Both the position numbers and the translations under genes were made by a program. From contig NC_087245.1 in the NCBI RefSeq assembly GCF_037042905.1, positions 29,886,001 to 29,950,000 of the forward strand: a stretch of DNA of 64,000 nt. The letters run 5' to 3'. This document shows, piece by piece, positions 12,901 to 23,649 of this stretch; positions within the stretch are counted from its first letter, which is position 1; each line of letters begins with the position of its first letter. The DNA is from Lytechinus pictus (lineage: Eukaryota). The notes beneath the pieces were generated by a model. It had not been told where the DNA came from, ran no database searches, and saw only the letters and a program-made list of their open reading frames with translations.

Positions 12901-15900
12901 TTTCTTCGTTTCTTGTCTTTTCTTTTCCCTTTCGTTTTCTTTTTTATTCTTTTTTCTTTACTTTTCTACCTATTGTCTCTATATTTAAATTAGTTTCTTT
13001 ATCATCTTTTTTTTTTCGAGAGAGATTATGCACGTGGTGTCGCACATTTTTTTTTAATATGCATAATTGAAAACAATTGATACACCTTGTGAGTAAAAAG
13101 ATAATTTGATAGCCTATTTTATGTGGTTTGTATTGACGCTTGAAATGATGAAGCCTATTCTTTGCAAATAATTTATTTCCTTGTATTATATTAAGAAGTA
13201 CTAGTAATTTGATATCATTTCATGTTTGTATTTGAGTATTATTCTATTGTTGTAAATTGTTGTAAATTGTTGTACAAAATAATTATTCAGCCTTTGGCTG
13301 CGAGGTATGTTTTTAACAAACCATTATTGAATTGATTTTAGCCATATATATGGCTGCTATTTTTTCAAGCATTCAGCTTACGGTAGCCGCCGGTCTCTGC
13401 ATTTGAATTCATTTGTTATTGTTTACATGAATTATGTCTATATCTTCTTATAACCATAGGCGGCGGAAGTGGGGGCGGGGGGAGTATCCCCCCTAAATTT
13501 TAGGTGGGGTTACGAATCCCCCTAAATTTTTTGTTGATAACCTTTTTTTTTTTTGCTTCAATTTTTTTTGCTTGTCATTTTTTTTTGCTTTTCAAAAAAA
13601 TGTGGAGCCCCCTAAAATTGTTGGCTTCCACCGCCAACTACATTGTCACCGTTGTAATTTGATCATTATGTATGTTTGATTTTAAATAATTGTTATAAAT
13701 TTGCAATTTTGAATAAATGCAGAAATACCTGCTTTAAAAAGAAAGAGAAATGCTCGCATATATGACGTCACAAATAAATAAAAATAAAACTCTATTATTA
13801 TTTAACGAGATATATAATCCTGTACCCCCCCCCTGTTATCAAGTCAATATACACCAAACATATTTCCTCGCACTTCGGGTTATTATTGTTTTATTTAGTG
13901 ACACATGCTTCTTTTTCATGACCACTTTAAGTGATTTCCCCATGTTATGGTCTTAATATAAAACAGTTCCTATCCGTGATTTTCATTATTGGATTGTTGA
14001 GATCTGTCTACTCTCCATGAAGTCCTAAAATCAGTCCTTAAAATGTCCCCTTTTCTGATCTGAATATAAAAAATTTTCAGCTCGCGCTTTTCGCTCGCCA
14101 CATTTGGTCAGTGAAATACGTATGGTCTTAATGAATTCCTACAAACAAGCCTGAGAATGCCCCATTTCAGGTCTGAATTATCTAAATTTTGAGCTCGCGC
14201 TTCGTGCTCATAATATTTGATTAGTGAGATGCATATGATAATCATGATTACAATGACTACAAAAAGTGTTTCATGTGTTCAGATGTAATTATAACAAAAT
14301 CAGCAAGCACTTGGCACTCGCATTAGATGACTATGATGAGATTTATACTCATCATAGATTCCTAAAATATAGTCTTTAAAATCTCCCTCTTTTAGGTCTG
14401 AATATAACAAATTTTCCGCTCAGTAGCGTTGTCCTTAAAATGTCTTTATTAGGTCAGTATACCTGCGCGCACACTAATTGACTAAACAAAAATTGCTGGT
14501 GACCCCCCCCCCCCCCAATGCCGTGACCCACGGTACGCCACTGAGTGTGACATCAATTCCCATTGTTTGTATGTTTACAAGCATTTTTCATACCATGTGT
14601 ATGTTGGTAGAGCACGATGAAATCCCTCTGAAACACTAATTTGGTGGGAATTGGTCCATGGTGCCTTGTCGTTTATTTTCACTTGGACTGGTCTACTAGC
14701 CATTTCGTCCAGTTACCAAATCGTCTACTATCATTGGTATGCCATACCCACATGGCCTAATTGCCATTTCGTCTACTCACCATTTTGTCTAACAACCAGT
14801 TGGTCCAATAACCATTTAGTCCTAACCATTTGGTCTAATTGGACTAAGTGTTAATCGGTTAAAATTATTGGAACTAAAATGGATATTAGACCAAAAGGTT
14901 ATGAGAGGAAATTGTCATAAACGAACAGGTGATAAGACGAAGTGATGATTGGAATAAACGGTTGGAGCGAAATTTAGATGGAATGTTAATTAGACTAAAT
15001 TAAGGTAGACCATGTGGGAAGTGAACGAGTTGGCAGTAGACGAATTGGAAATTTACCTTAGATATGACCTCATGAAATATGAATACATGATTTGCCCCTT
15101 TGTAATCTAGGAACCAGTCCAATGATTTATTGACTTCAATGGGGCTAATTATGTATACCTAATTTTATGGCCTAATGTAACGGGATTCATTAGGTCTTAA
15201 AGCCCCTATCAGCCAATATGCCTACGGACCGATTCCCACCATGTTTGGATGTGGAGGTATTTCATCATGCCCTACCAAACTAGGCCTATAAATCACTCAA
15301 ATTCGAAGAAGAAAAATTTCGTGACGTCATCACTTTGGTACTCTATAATTTTATTTTATCTAGTAGACTCCAGTAGATTTATAAATTGGGCCACTTGATT
15401 TTCAACTGGACCAGTACTAACAAAATTGGATGGTGCTGTTTACGTGGTTTAGTTATTTGCATTTTTTTAAAGCAATAAATCATACTTTAGAGTGACAATG
15501 CAAAAGATTCTGAAGAAGTATGTGTAGAGACTTAGAATAGGCCCTATATTTCAAATTAGAGCAGAAAGATTAATTTATGAACCATCTATTCCATCTCATT
15601 TAGAATTAGCTTCACGGTACCGTACGCCATGACGTATTTTTCTTTACTTGGGCAAGTGTTGGTCCTGAAAAGGACCACCCAATCTCTTTAAAAAATAAAA
15701 AAAAAAGACGTGTTGCATTTTGACCAAGAAAGATCAGTATGGAATCCAGTTGAGTACTACTAGATTAGGACACAAGTAATAATATTGTGACCAGTAACAA
15801 ACTCCAGTAGACTAATATTATATTAAGACCACTTTAATTTCGAGTTAGTAATTCAAGATCAGTTTGACAAGTGGAATTTCAACTTGTAACTTTTTAAATT

Positions 15901-16070
15901 GACTGGTCTAGCTTAGTTGATCCAGTCTAATTTCATATGGACAAATATACGCGCAGCACTGAACCAGTAAGACAAGTAACCAATGTTGCAATTTCCAGAT
16001 CGAGTTACCAGTTGAAATTCTACTGGTCAGACTTGTCCAGTTTAAACTGGTTCTTTGTGATTTATTACTT

Positions 16071-16224
16071 TCTCCATTAGTTTGTGATGGAGGGCAAAGC
16101 ACGTGCTCTTTCCGTAACCCGTTGGGAGAATCACGAGACTGTCATTTCCTCTCTGGGCCTCTTCCAGGGCCTGTTTTTGAGGCACCTTTAATTTTATTGC
16201 AAATTCTTCTTCAAGTTCCTCCAT
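16071..16224 (-). pseudogene. First-exon remnant of a RecQ-like SF2 helicase (Q motif plus Walker A)
   Basis: MEELEEEFAIKLKVPQKQALEEAQRGNDSLVILPTGYGKSTCF; LPTGxGKS is RecQ motif I; possible donor AAA|GTAATA; no later helicase motifs found. Confidence 0.7.
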
Positions 16225-16466
16225 ATTTGCAACGCGAACTACGTTTCTGACGTCAATGTCGACTCAATATTGACCTTGATTCTAACTTATTACATCTCTA
16301 ATTTAAAAAAAAATGTATTTTGTAAACGCAGTCATGTTTGTTCATAATATACAGATTGAGATAAATATAATTTTAATGAAATGAATTCTTTAAATACTGT
16401 TTTTTTTTCTATGTTAAATGCAAGCAAGATTGATATCCATTACTGAAATACCTAAATCGCGATTTA

Positions 16467-19400
16467 CTGTACAAGCTGTTATTTTCGCGTACAGAATTTT
16501 TAGCGAATCGCGGGGTCCCGACATTTTCGCGGGTTGTTAAATTCGCGATGGGAAGATGTACAAAACATTTCCACAGCATTCCTAAGAAGCAAAACTAGTG
16601 GAAATTACGTGCAAATTCATACTCTTCAAAGTCCTCATGCTGATGTGTCTCTTGTACATAAATATGTCCCTGTAAAAACAGTTACAAACTGTGGAAAAAG
16701 GTGGCTTGAATTTCACCTTTTTTTACCTTTAGTTCTGAAAATTCATCATGCCACAATTTGATCTGTAATCTACAGGGTTTAGCAATCTTTGGAATTTGTG
16801 ATTTGTTCGATTCATTTTTCAAAAAGTTGGTAAAAGTGCAAAAATTTGGAATTTTGTGAACAGAATCTTCACCTCTAAAAGCTCTGGTCATGTGACTTAT
16901 GAATATTAATGAGTATGCAAATAGCTGCCAATACGTGTGTATAGAGTCAATTAGATGAAAATAAAATCAAATTATTTCATGAAAAATACATTTTGATATT
17001 ACAGGGAGTGTATGAATATTGATAAAATGATATTAGAAAATAGTTTAGGCTCTGATTTTGTTTGAGAAATTTAAAAAAGTGAAATTCTAGCTAACTTTTT
17101 GAATCACTAACTGTACTTTCTAAGCCTTATTTTTTGTACATATACAGGTGCATATCTCCAAATTCCCACTACACAGGATGTTTTCGATTTCTACAGTAAA
17201 GCTTTGCTGTTACGGACATTGGCACTGCACGTACGTTAATCCCTCCAACTCAGTGTAAAAAGTGGGCGGAGCTTAATCGGATTTTCGGGCCTAGCAACCC
17301 TGTTAGCAACGCCTGTTAGCATCGTTTGGCTCAATCTCCATAATGTCTGCGATATTAAAATCCTACAAACTGATGGAATTATTCAAATTTAGTAAGGCTA
17401 TGAATGTTTATCATTTACACTGACTATCGGTGTACAAACTCATACCGAATTTAATGGCAATTGCCTGTTATATTACGAATTATCAGTCATTTTGATGAGT
17501 GATGCAAAGTGCCAAAATTTATGAAAATATAGCGTAAATTTTATATAGCATTTCAAAATCCTTATTTTCAATATCCCCATAATTTTTTGTTGTTTAAAAA
17601 AATATCTTATTACATTTACCAGAATTTTCCCGACCTGATAACGTTAATAGATTACTGTTTCTCGGCTTTATGAGGAAATGCCAGACCTTCAAAATCAGGT
17701 TAATTATTGTTATATTTCTAACAGAAAATTGTTAGATTCGAACTACTATACCAACTGTACGCCCGAATGAGGGTTATCATCTCGTATTGTTGTGTAAATG
17801 ATACATATCAATTCATTTTAGGAGTGTAGTAATCCATGTTAGATAATCTTTTTCACGATGAGTTTTGTAATGAAGAGAAAAAATCAAGTTCATTCTTGGC
17901 ACGCGAGCCGCAGAATGATAAATTTTAGTGTGCGCAGACGGGGCTGATCCCTAGTGTGTCGGACGGGATTATCTAGTCCCATACTGGTCATGCTGGTTTC
18001 GGGTGGTATATTCCACGATGACCACTGTCCAGTTTTATAGTGCTTAATGTTGATACTTAATCTGTGAAATGAATAGTTTACCGATATCTAAAAATGCTCT
18101 AATATACCTGACACATGAATGATTTCATTTTTGAGAATTATCATTTCTTTCGACCTGCATGAATCACAAAAAGTCAATCATTAGTCCCCTTTCTCTGCTA
18201 CTGAGACTGACGAGGTGGTAGAGGGAGGGGGGGGGGGGTAATCATCTCACCGTGCTCACTGCCGCCCCAGCCAAGTGTGTTTGATACATTTTAATTGCAA
18301 GGGCTTCTCCTCCTCCTTTATCTCCCTGTTCTCTCTTTCTTTGTTTTTGCTTTCGTGCCATTATATATCTCAAAGATCAGCTCTCCCTATTTAAATTTCC
18401 ACTGTCTTGTATTTTTCCTTCCCTCCTGTTATGGTCAAGCTCTCAAATAAAGCTTGCCCTATTAATATTTGACCCTCTGTCATTCTACCGGCCTGCAATC
18501 TCCTTTTGGCCCCTTAATTCTTTTTTTCTCTCGGCCTCGACCCCTCCCCATGCAATCTATTTCATCCAACCCTTTTACTCCCCCAACTCACCATGATTAT
18601 AATTTATAATCACAAGAGCCTGGTAATAGGCATATTGAAGGTCTATAAATATTGATACTACTTTCATTTTAACAAATAATTTGAGTCCCCCCCCCCCCCC
18701 GGCGGTCATGCAGGTTGGCTTCATATGTTCCATAATGGTAAAGGCGGTCGTGGAATTTACAAAACATATAGTTGTTTTATATTTTCTGTTTAACATATAC
18801 CGAGATGCTGATGACATTGGACAAACTTAACACGATATTTCCCAAACCTATATTTTTAACTATACAGTCAATGTTACACATTCTTGACATCAGTTTGACT
18901 TTTTGTAATTAAGGAAAGAAATAATAATCACCGAAAATGAAATAATTTATGTGTCAGGTATATTCCAAGTATTTTTAGACATCGGTAAAGTATGAATTTC
19001 ATAGACTGAGTATCGAAATAAAACACTAAAACTGCACAGTGGTCATCGCGAGGGGAAAAGGTACGTGAAATATACCACCTGACTCCAGTATCGGACTGGA
19101 TAATCTGAACGGACAGCCCGGGCGATCAGCCCCGTCTGCACACGCTAAAATTTTGCATTCTGCGGCTCGTGTGCTAAGAATGAACTTGATTTGTCTGTTC
19201 ATTACGTAACTCATCGTGAAAAATGTTATCCAACATTGATTGCTACACTCGTAATATTTAATGTTATGTATGATATACACAAATTTATGTGATGATAACC
19301 CTTCTTCGGGAGAACAATGGTATAGTTGTTCGAATCTAACTATTTTCTTTTAGAAATATAACAAAAAATAACCCGATTTTGAAGGCCTGAAATTTTCTTA

Positions 19401-19953
19401 TGAATGATGGAGAAAATAAGCTACCAACGTTATCAGGTCTGGAAAATTCTAGTTAATGTAATAAGATATTTTTTAAAACAACAAAAAATTATGGGGATAT
19501 TGAAAATAAGGATTTTTGAAATGCTATATAAAATTTACGCTATATTTTCATAAATTTTGGCATATTGTATCACTCATCAAAATGACTGGTAAATCGCCTT
19601 CTTACACACACTTGCTTATAATTTCGATATAGGTTGATACACCGATAGTCAATATAAATGATAAACATTCATAGTCTTACTAAATTTAAACGATTTCATT
19701 AGTTTTTAGGATTTTAATATCGCAGACATTTTGGAGAGTGAGCAAGAAGATGCTCGTAAGCGTCGCTAACAAGATTGTTAGGCGACCTACCGCGAGAGGG
19801 CTTTTATAATGGCGGGCTCCACTGAGTTGATACATAGCCTATAGGCGGTGAACGTACGTGACTGACTAAGAAATGTGTCAATATTTTCGCGTGTTGTTAA
19901 ATTCGCGGCCGATCGGCAATTCGCGAAATCCGCGAAAATAACAGCTTCTACAG
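16467..19953. mobile_element. TA-flanked non-autonomous DNA transposon (Tc1/mariner-like) hosting a nested element
   Basis: TIR CTGTA(C/G)AAGCTGTTATTTTCGCG; TA at 16465-16466 and 19954-19955; TTCGCG subterminal repeats. Confidence 0.8.
17228..19860. mobile_element. Chapaev-like (CAC..GTG termini, 4-bp TSD) foldback element with ~950-bp inverted arms
   Basis: Termini CACGTACGTT/AACGTACGTG; ACTG at 17224-17227 and 19861-19864; ~17228-18180 is a diverged reverse complement of ~18890-19860. Confidence 0.75.
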
Positions 19954-20884
19954 TATTTGAAAAGCAAGTTCGTGATTCGACCGAAGTTTTCTTATCTCTT
20001 CTTGTAATGCATATTCATTAACCTTAACAGTGACGACATCTTATAAATATTCATGTTGCGCATGCGCATACATGTTTTTCATTTAATTCAACATGGCGAT
20101 TCGTACGAAATCCGAAAATTGATCCTCTATTGTACGATTCCATCAAATTTTCATAATTTTAAGGAGAACGTATCTTGAACTCAGATTGTTTAGGTAAGGT
20201 CAGTCCTAACTGTCGTATTTTTGGTTTCGTTTTATCATCCATGTTTTTGTAATTTAGCGATTAATCTAGTGCATCAGTGCACTCCGGTGAGAACGAGTGG
20301 GAGCGTTCAGGACCTCGACACTGTCTAAAGACGTCGTGTCGAGGTTCCCGGGGCAACCCTGCCCTTAACAAGTATTCGAAGCAAAGCGATACCTTGGCAA
20401 GTATTCTTTGAATTGAACCCCTAAACAAGTTAAGTGTTATTTTAATTGTTAAATGTCACGGACTTCGGTCGTCGATTTTACCTTTACCTGCATCATTGGG
20501 TTTAGTACGGCCCCACCTACCACACCTCGCGCAAATCGGACTCTAAAATACTTAGTGATGACTGTTGGTTCAAAAAGTAGCCTACATCCTTTATAAAACA
20601 TTTTAGTCTTTTATACCCTCCCAAATTTGACCCTAAACACGTAGCTTTCTGAGCGAAATAGATACCTTTTTTCATTATTTAGTGTTTTTGACACCCTTAT
20701 TACATTACGTTCGTAATGTGCCCTATCTTGAAAAAGACGTCCTTTTTACGTGTTTTTGGTCGCAGATGGTATCCATTCGTCAATGCAAGTGCCCCCCCCC
20801 CCCCCCGGGTCAAGCTTTGACAGGAAGGCTTTTGGACTACTCCATTGACAAACAAGCCCAAATAAATGAAACCTTGAGCATAAA

Positions 20885-21005
20885 ATATGTTTGTCATTTT
20901 GCCTCCGACGAAGATTCTGCTAGGATCGAAAGCTTAGGCCCCTTTTGACTCTCTAATTTACTCCATTGGCTCTCCTTTATTAGATAAGCAGTTTTCAGCA
21001 GCTTT
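20885..21005 (+). mobile_element. Solo Penelope pseudo-LTR fragment
   Basis: 20885-20952 matches the 3' end of the Penelope element (51393-51460) with 2 mismatches; right boundary approximate. Confidence 0.7.
20901..20939 (+). ncRNA. Minimal type I hammerhead ribozyme-like motif (Penelope-associated)
   Basis: Stem I GCCT/AGGC; core CCGACGA(A); stem II GATTC-TGCTA-GGATC; GAAA; palindromic AAGCTT in place of stem III. Confidence 0.65.
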
Positions 21006-21862
21006 TTTTCAGCCAAAATATAAAAACAAAGTGATATTGTTTGTTTTTCTCGTAATACTTCCAAAATATGTTGTAATTAATTTTTCTATACCTTTTTGTA
21101 ATAGGTAAGAAGTAATGTTTACGATTTTCTTTCGTTTGTTCTGCACGTGCTGAGCACTGACTAAATCAAGGGAATACTGACACTGTTTACTATATCTAGC
21201 AGTCATCTTGACAACTTTACTAACAAGTTAGATCTCCACAATTAAAGGAAATAAATAATCGTGGTGCCGCAGAAATGCCGAATGAGGCCAATCGCCCGTT
21301 GACTTTCGCCGGAGAAGAAATGTCAGTGCGAAAGGTACATTTTTTTTCTTCGCCGGGGAAGTGAGGAATGCGAGGCAGAGAAGTTCGCCGGTGGAAAATG
21401 AAGAGGGCAGTATGAAAGGTGTATAAGCAGCTAAGCTTATCAACAAGCACTTTAGCCATCTATTTTCTTTGATAATCAGGCATTCAGGGGCTGCAGAACA
21501 GCAGGGGGGGGGGGGGGTGCCTAGGGGGCTTCAGCTCCCCACTCATTCCTTTTCAAATACAAACAATCTACTTATTTAGATCTGTTACTTTATTTAGAGT
21601 CTGTTTTGAAGATCTATTGTTTAATTTTGGCAGGGCCATACCATGTCCATGACTCCATGGTCAGCTTAGCCCCCTCCCCCATGATAAAGATTCACTCATA
21701 TTCATAAGATTATTAAGACATAACTCAGTCAGACATAGCGAATGATGGAGTATAAGTAAAACTATAATTACAATTTACATCCATGATACATCCACTCACA
21801 CAAAAACACACACACACAAAAAAAAAACACTATTATAGTATGCGCATGTACCATGTCCACCC

Positions 21863-21923
21863 TAGCCAGGAGGCTTCTAGATAAATGATTTTTACTCTCT
21901 AGAAGCCTCCTGGGACCTGGCTA
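21863..21923. mobile_element. 61-bp palindromic mini-element with TAG..CTA ends
   Basis: TSD GTCCACCC at 21855-21862 and 21924-21931; IR CCAGGAGGCTTCTAGA/TCTAGAAGCCTCCTGG. Confidence 0.7.
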
Positions 21924-22804
21924 GTCCACCCATCAACCTCGCCCGCCTGCATAAGCAAGCACCGCCGACCCTCCCTGGCTGAAGCCATCGACATCGTCCC
22001 TGGGCCGGTCAGTGCTTGGCCTTGCCCTTGCCTTGGTTGGGCGGCTCTGATTCTGCATCTGCCAAGTTCGTGCTCAACTCAACAGCAACAAGATGGGATG
22101 TATTTGAAAAATGATGCTTACCTCTGTTTTATACCAATAAGTGTTCTAGGTAAGCCTAAAAGCAACATTTAGATAATAACAATCAATGGACGATGTTTTG
22201 TTGTCCAAATCTGAGATGCTTGCTCAAGTTGCTGTTTCATTTCAATCAAGATATTATATTATGTGCATGCGCTGCGTGATCAGCTGGACTGCTCAATTTG
22301 TGAATTAGTCTAATAAAACGTGCGTTTTTGGTATACACAAAATTATTTGGAAGACAACTATCACAAAATGTCCGATTTGACGTCATACCCGAAACGTAAT
22401 TTCTAAAATCATTAAATGAATATCTGTTTTGATTAACGTTTCAATCGAATTATACCATCATCTTCACTTATTCGAGATAATAATTTGTGAATTTGAAATG
22501 AAGTGTCTAGTTGTGCCTGGGGCTTTGTTTACATCTAGAAAAACCACCAATCAGAGCAGCAGCTGAGCGAATGACTTTGACATCGCTTTGCGTCCTTCGC
22601 TTCATGCACAGGATAGGCTATGACAAGGGCTAGGGGATCGGGGGGGGGGGGGGGGGGTGGTGAGAAAGGAGGGAAATTGAGTTATTGTTTGTTTTAAATA
22701 TTCTTTTGTTCGTTTCTTCTCGTGACATCAATATTCATAAATATGACAAATAATTGTCATGAACTGACAAATAACTATAATACTAGTAGGCCTACAATAT
22801 TTAA

Positions 22805-23392
22805 AGGACAAGTCCACCCCAACAAAAAGTTGATTTGAATAAAAAGAGAAAAATCCAACAAACATAACACTGAAAATTTCATAAAAATCGGATGTAAAAT
22901 AAGAAAGTTATGACATTTTAAAGTTCCGCTTAATTTCACAAAACAGTTATATGCACATGGTTGATATGCAAATGAAGAGACTATGACGTCATCCACTCAC
23001 TATTTCTTTTGTATTTTATTATATGAAATATGAAATATTCTAATTTTCTCCTTATTGTCAAGTGATACAACGATTAATTCCTCCCTGAACATGTGGAATG
23101 AGCATTGTTTAATACTATATGGTTCAGTCAAGTTGGTCCTTATTGTCAAATCTATTAAAAATGAAAAATTGTATAATTCAAACAATAAAAAACAAAAGAA
23201 ATAGTGATTGATCGACATCATCGACTGACTCACCAGGTTGTGCATATCACTGTTTTGTGAAAAATATGCGAAACTTTAAAATGTCATAACTCTCTTATTT
23301 TATATCCGATTTTGATGAAATTTTCAGCACTATGCTAGTTTGATTTTTCTCTATTTATTCAAGTCAGCATTTTCCTGGGGTGAACTTGACCT
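22805..23392. mobile_element. TTAA-flanked palindromic MITE (Kolobok-like)
   Basis: TTAA at 22801-22804 and 23393-23396; TIR AGGACAAGTCCACCCC / GGGGTGAACTTGACCT; second copy at 54541-56908. Confidence 0.8.
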
Positions 23393-23649
23393 TTAAAGGA
23401 ATATGCTCCGAGCTGAAAATGATATGATATAAATTAACAGAATAATCAGACCAAAAAAAAAACACTGAAAATTTGATCAAAATCCGACAAGGAATAACAA
23501 AGTTATGGCATTTTAAAGATTTGCAGCATTCCGGTGTAACATTTTTTAGGCATGTCTTCATGAATATTCAATGAGCAAACTTGAAGATGTAATTTCCCCA
23601 CTTGTTCTTTTGTATATTAGGTTTATTCAATTTTTTTCTACCAAGAGAG

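Larger units (their letters stand above)
12050..20356. mobile_element. Degenerate AcademH-like (RecQ-helicase-type) DNA transposon with nested insertions
   Basis: Direct repeat (A)CCCTGCCCT(T) at both junctions; hairpins at both ends; weak TIR; internal RecQ-like exon. Confidence 0.6.
11892..20808 (+). mobile_element. CCCGG(G)n-ended MITE of the 24430-24983 family, split by an 8.3-kb insertion (halves 11892-12049 and 20357-20808)
   Basis: Both halves align collinearly to the intact copy at 24430-24983; GTCAAGCT at 11884-11891 and 20809-20816. Confidence 0.85.

Noticed and set aside
16042..16224. Host RecQ helicase gene
   Set aside because: Only motif I is present, no downstream helicase exons were found, and it lies within a TSD-bounded insertion.
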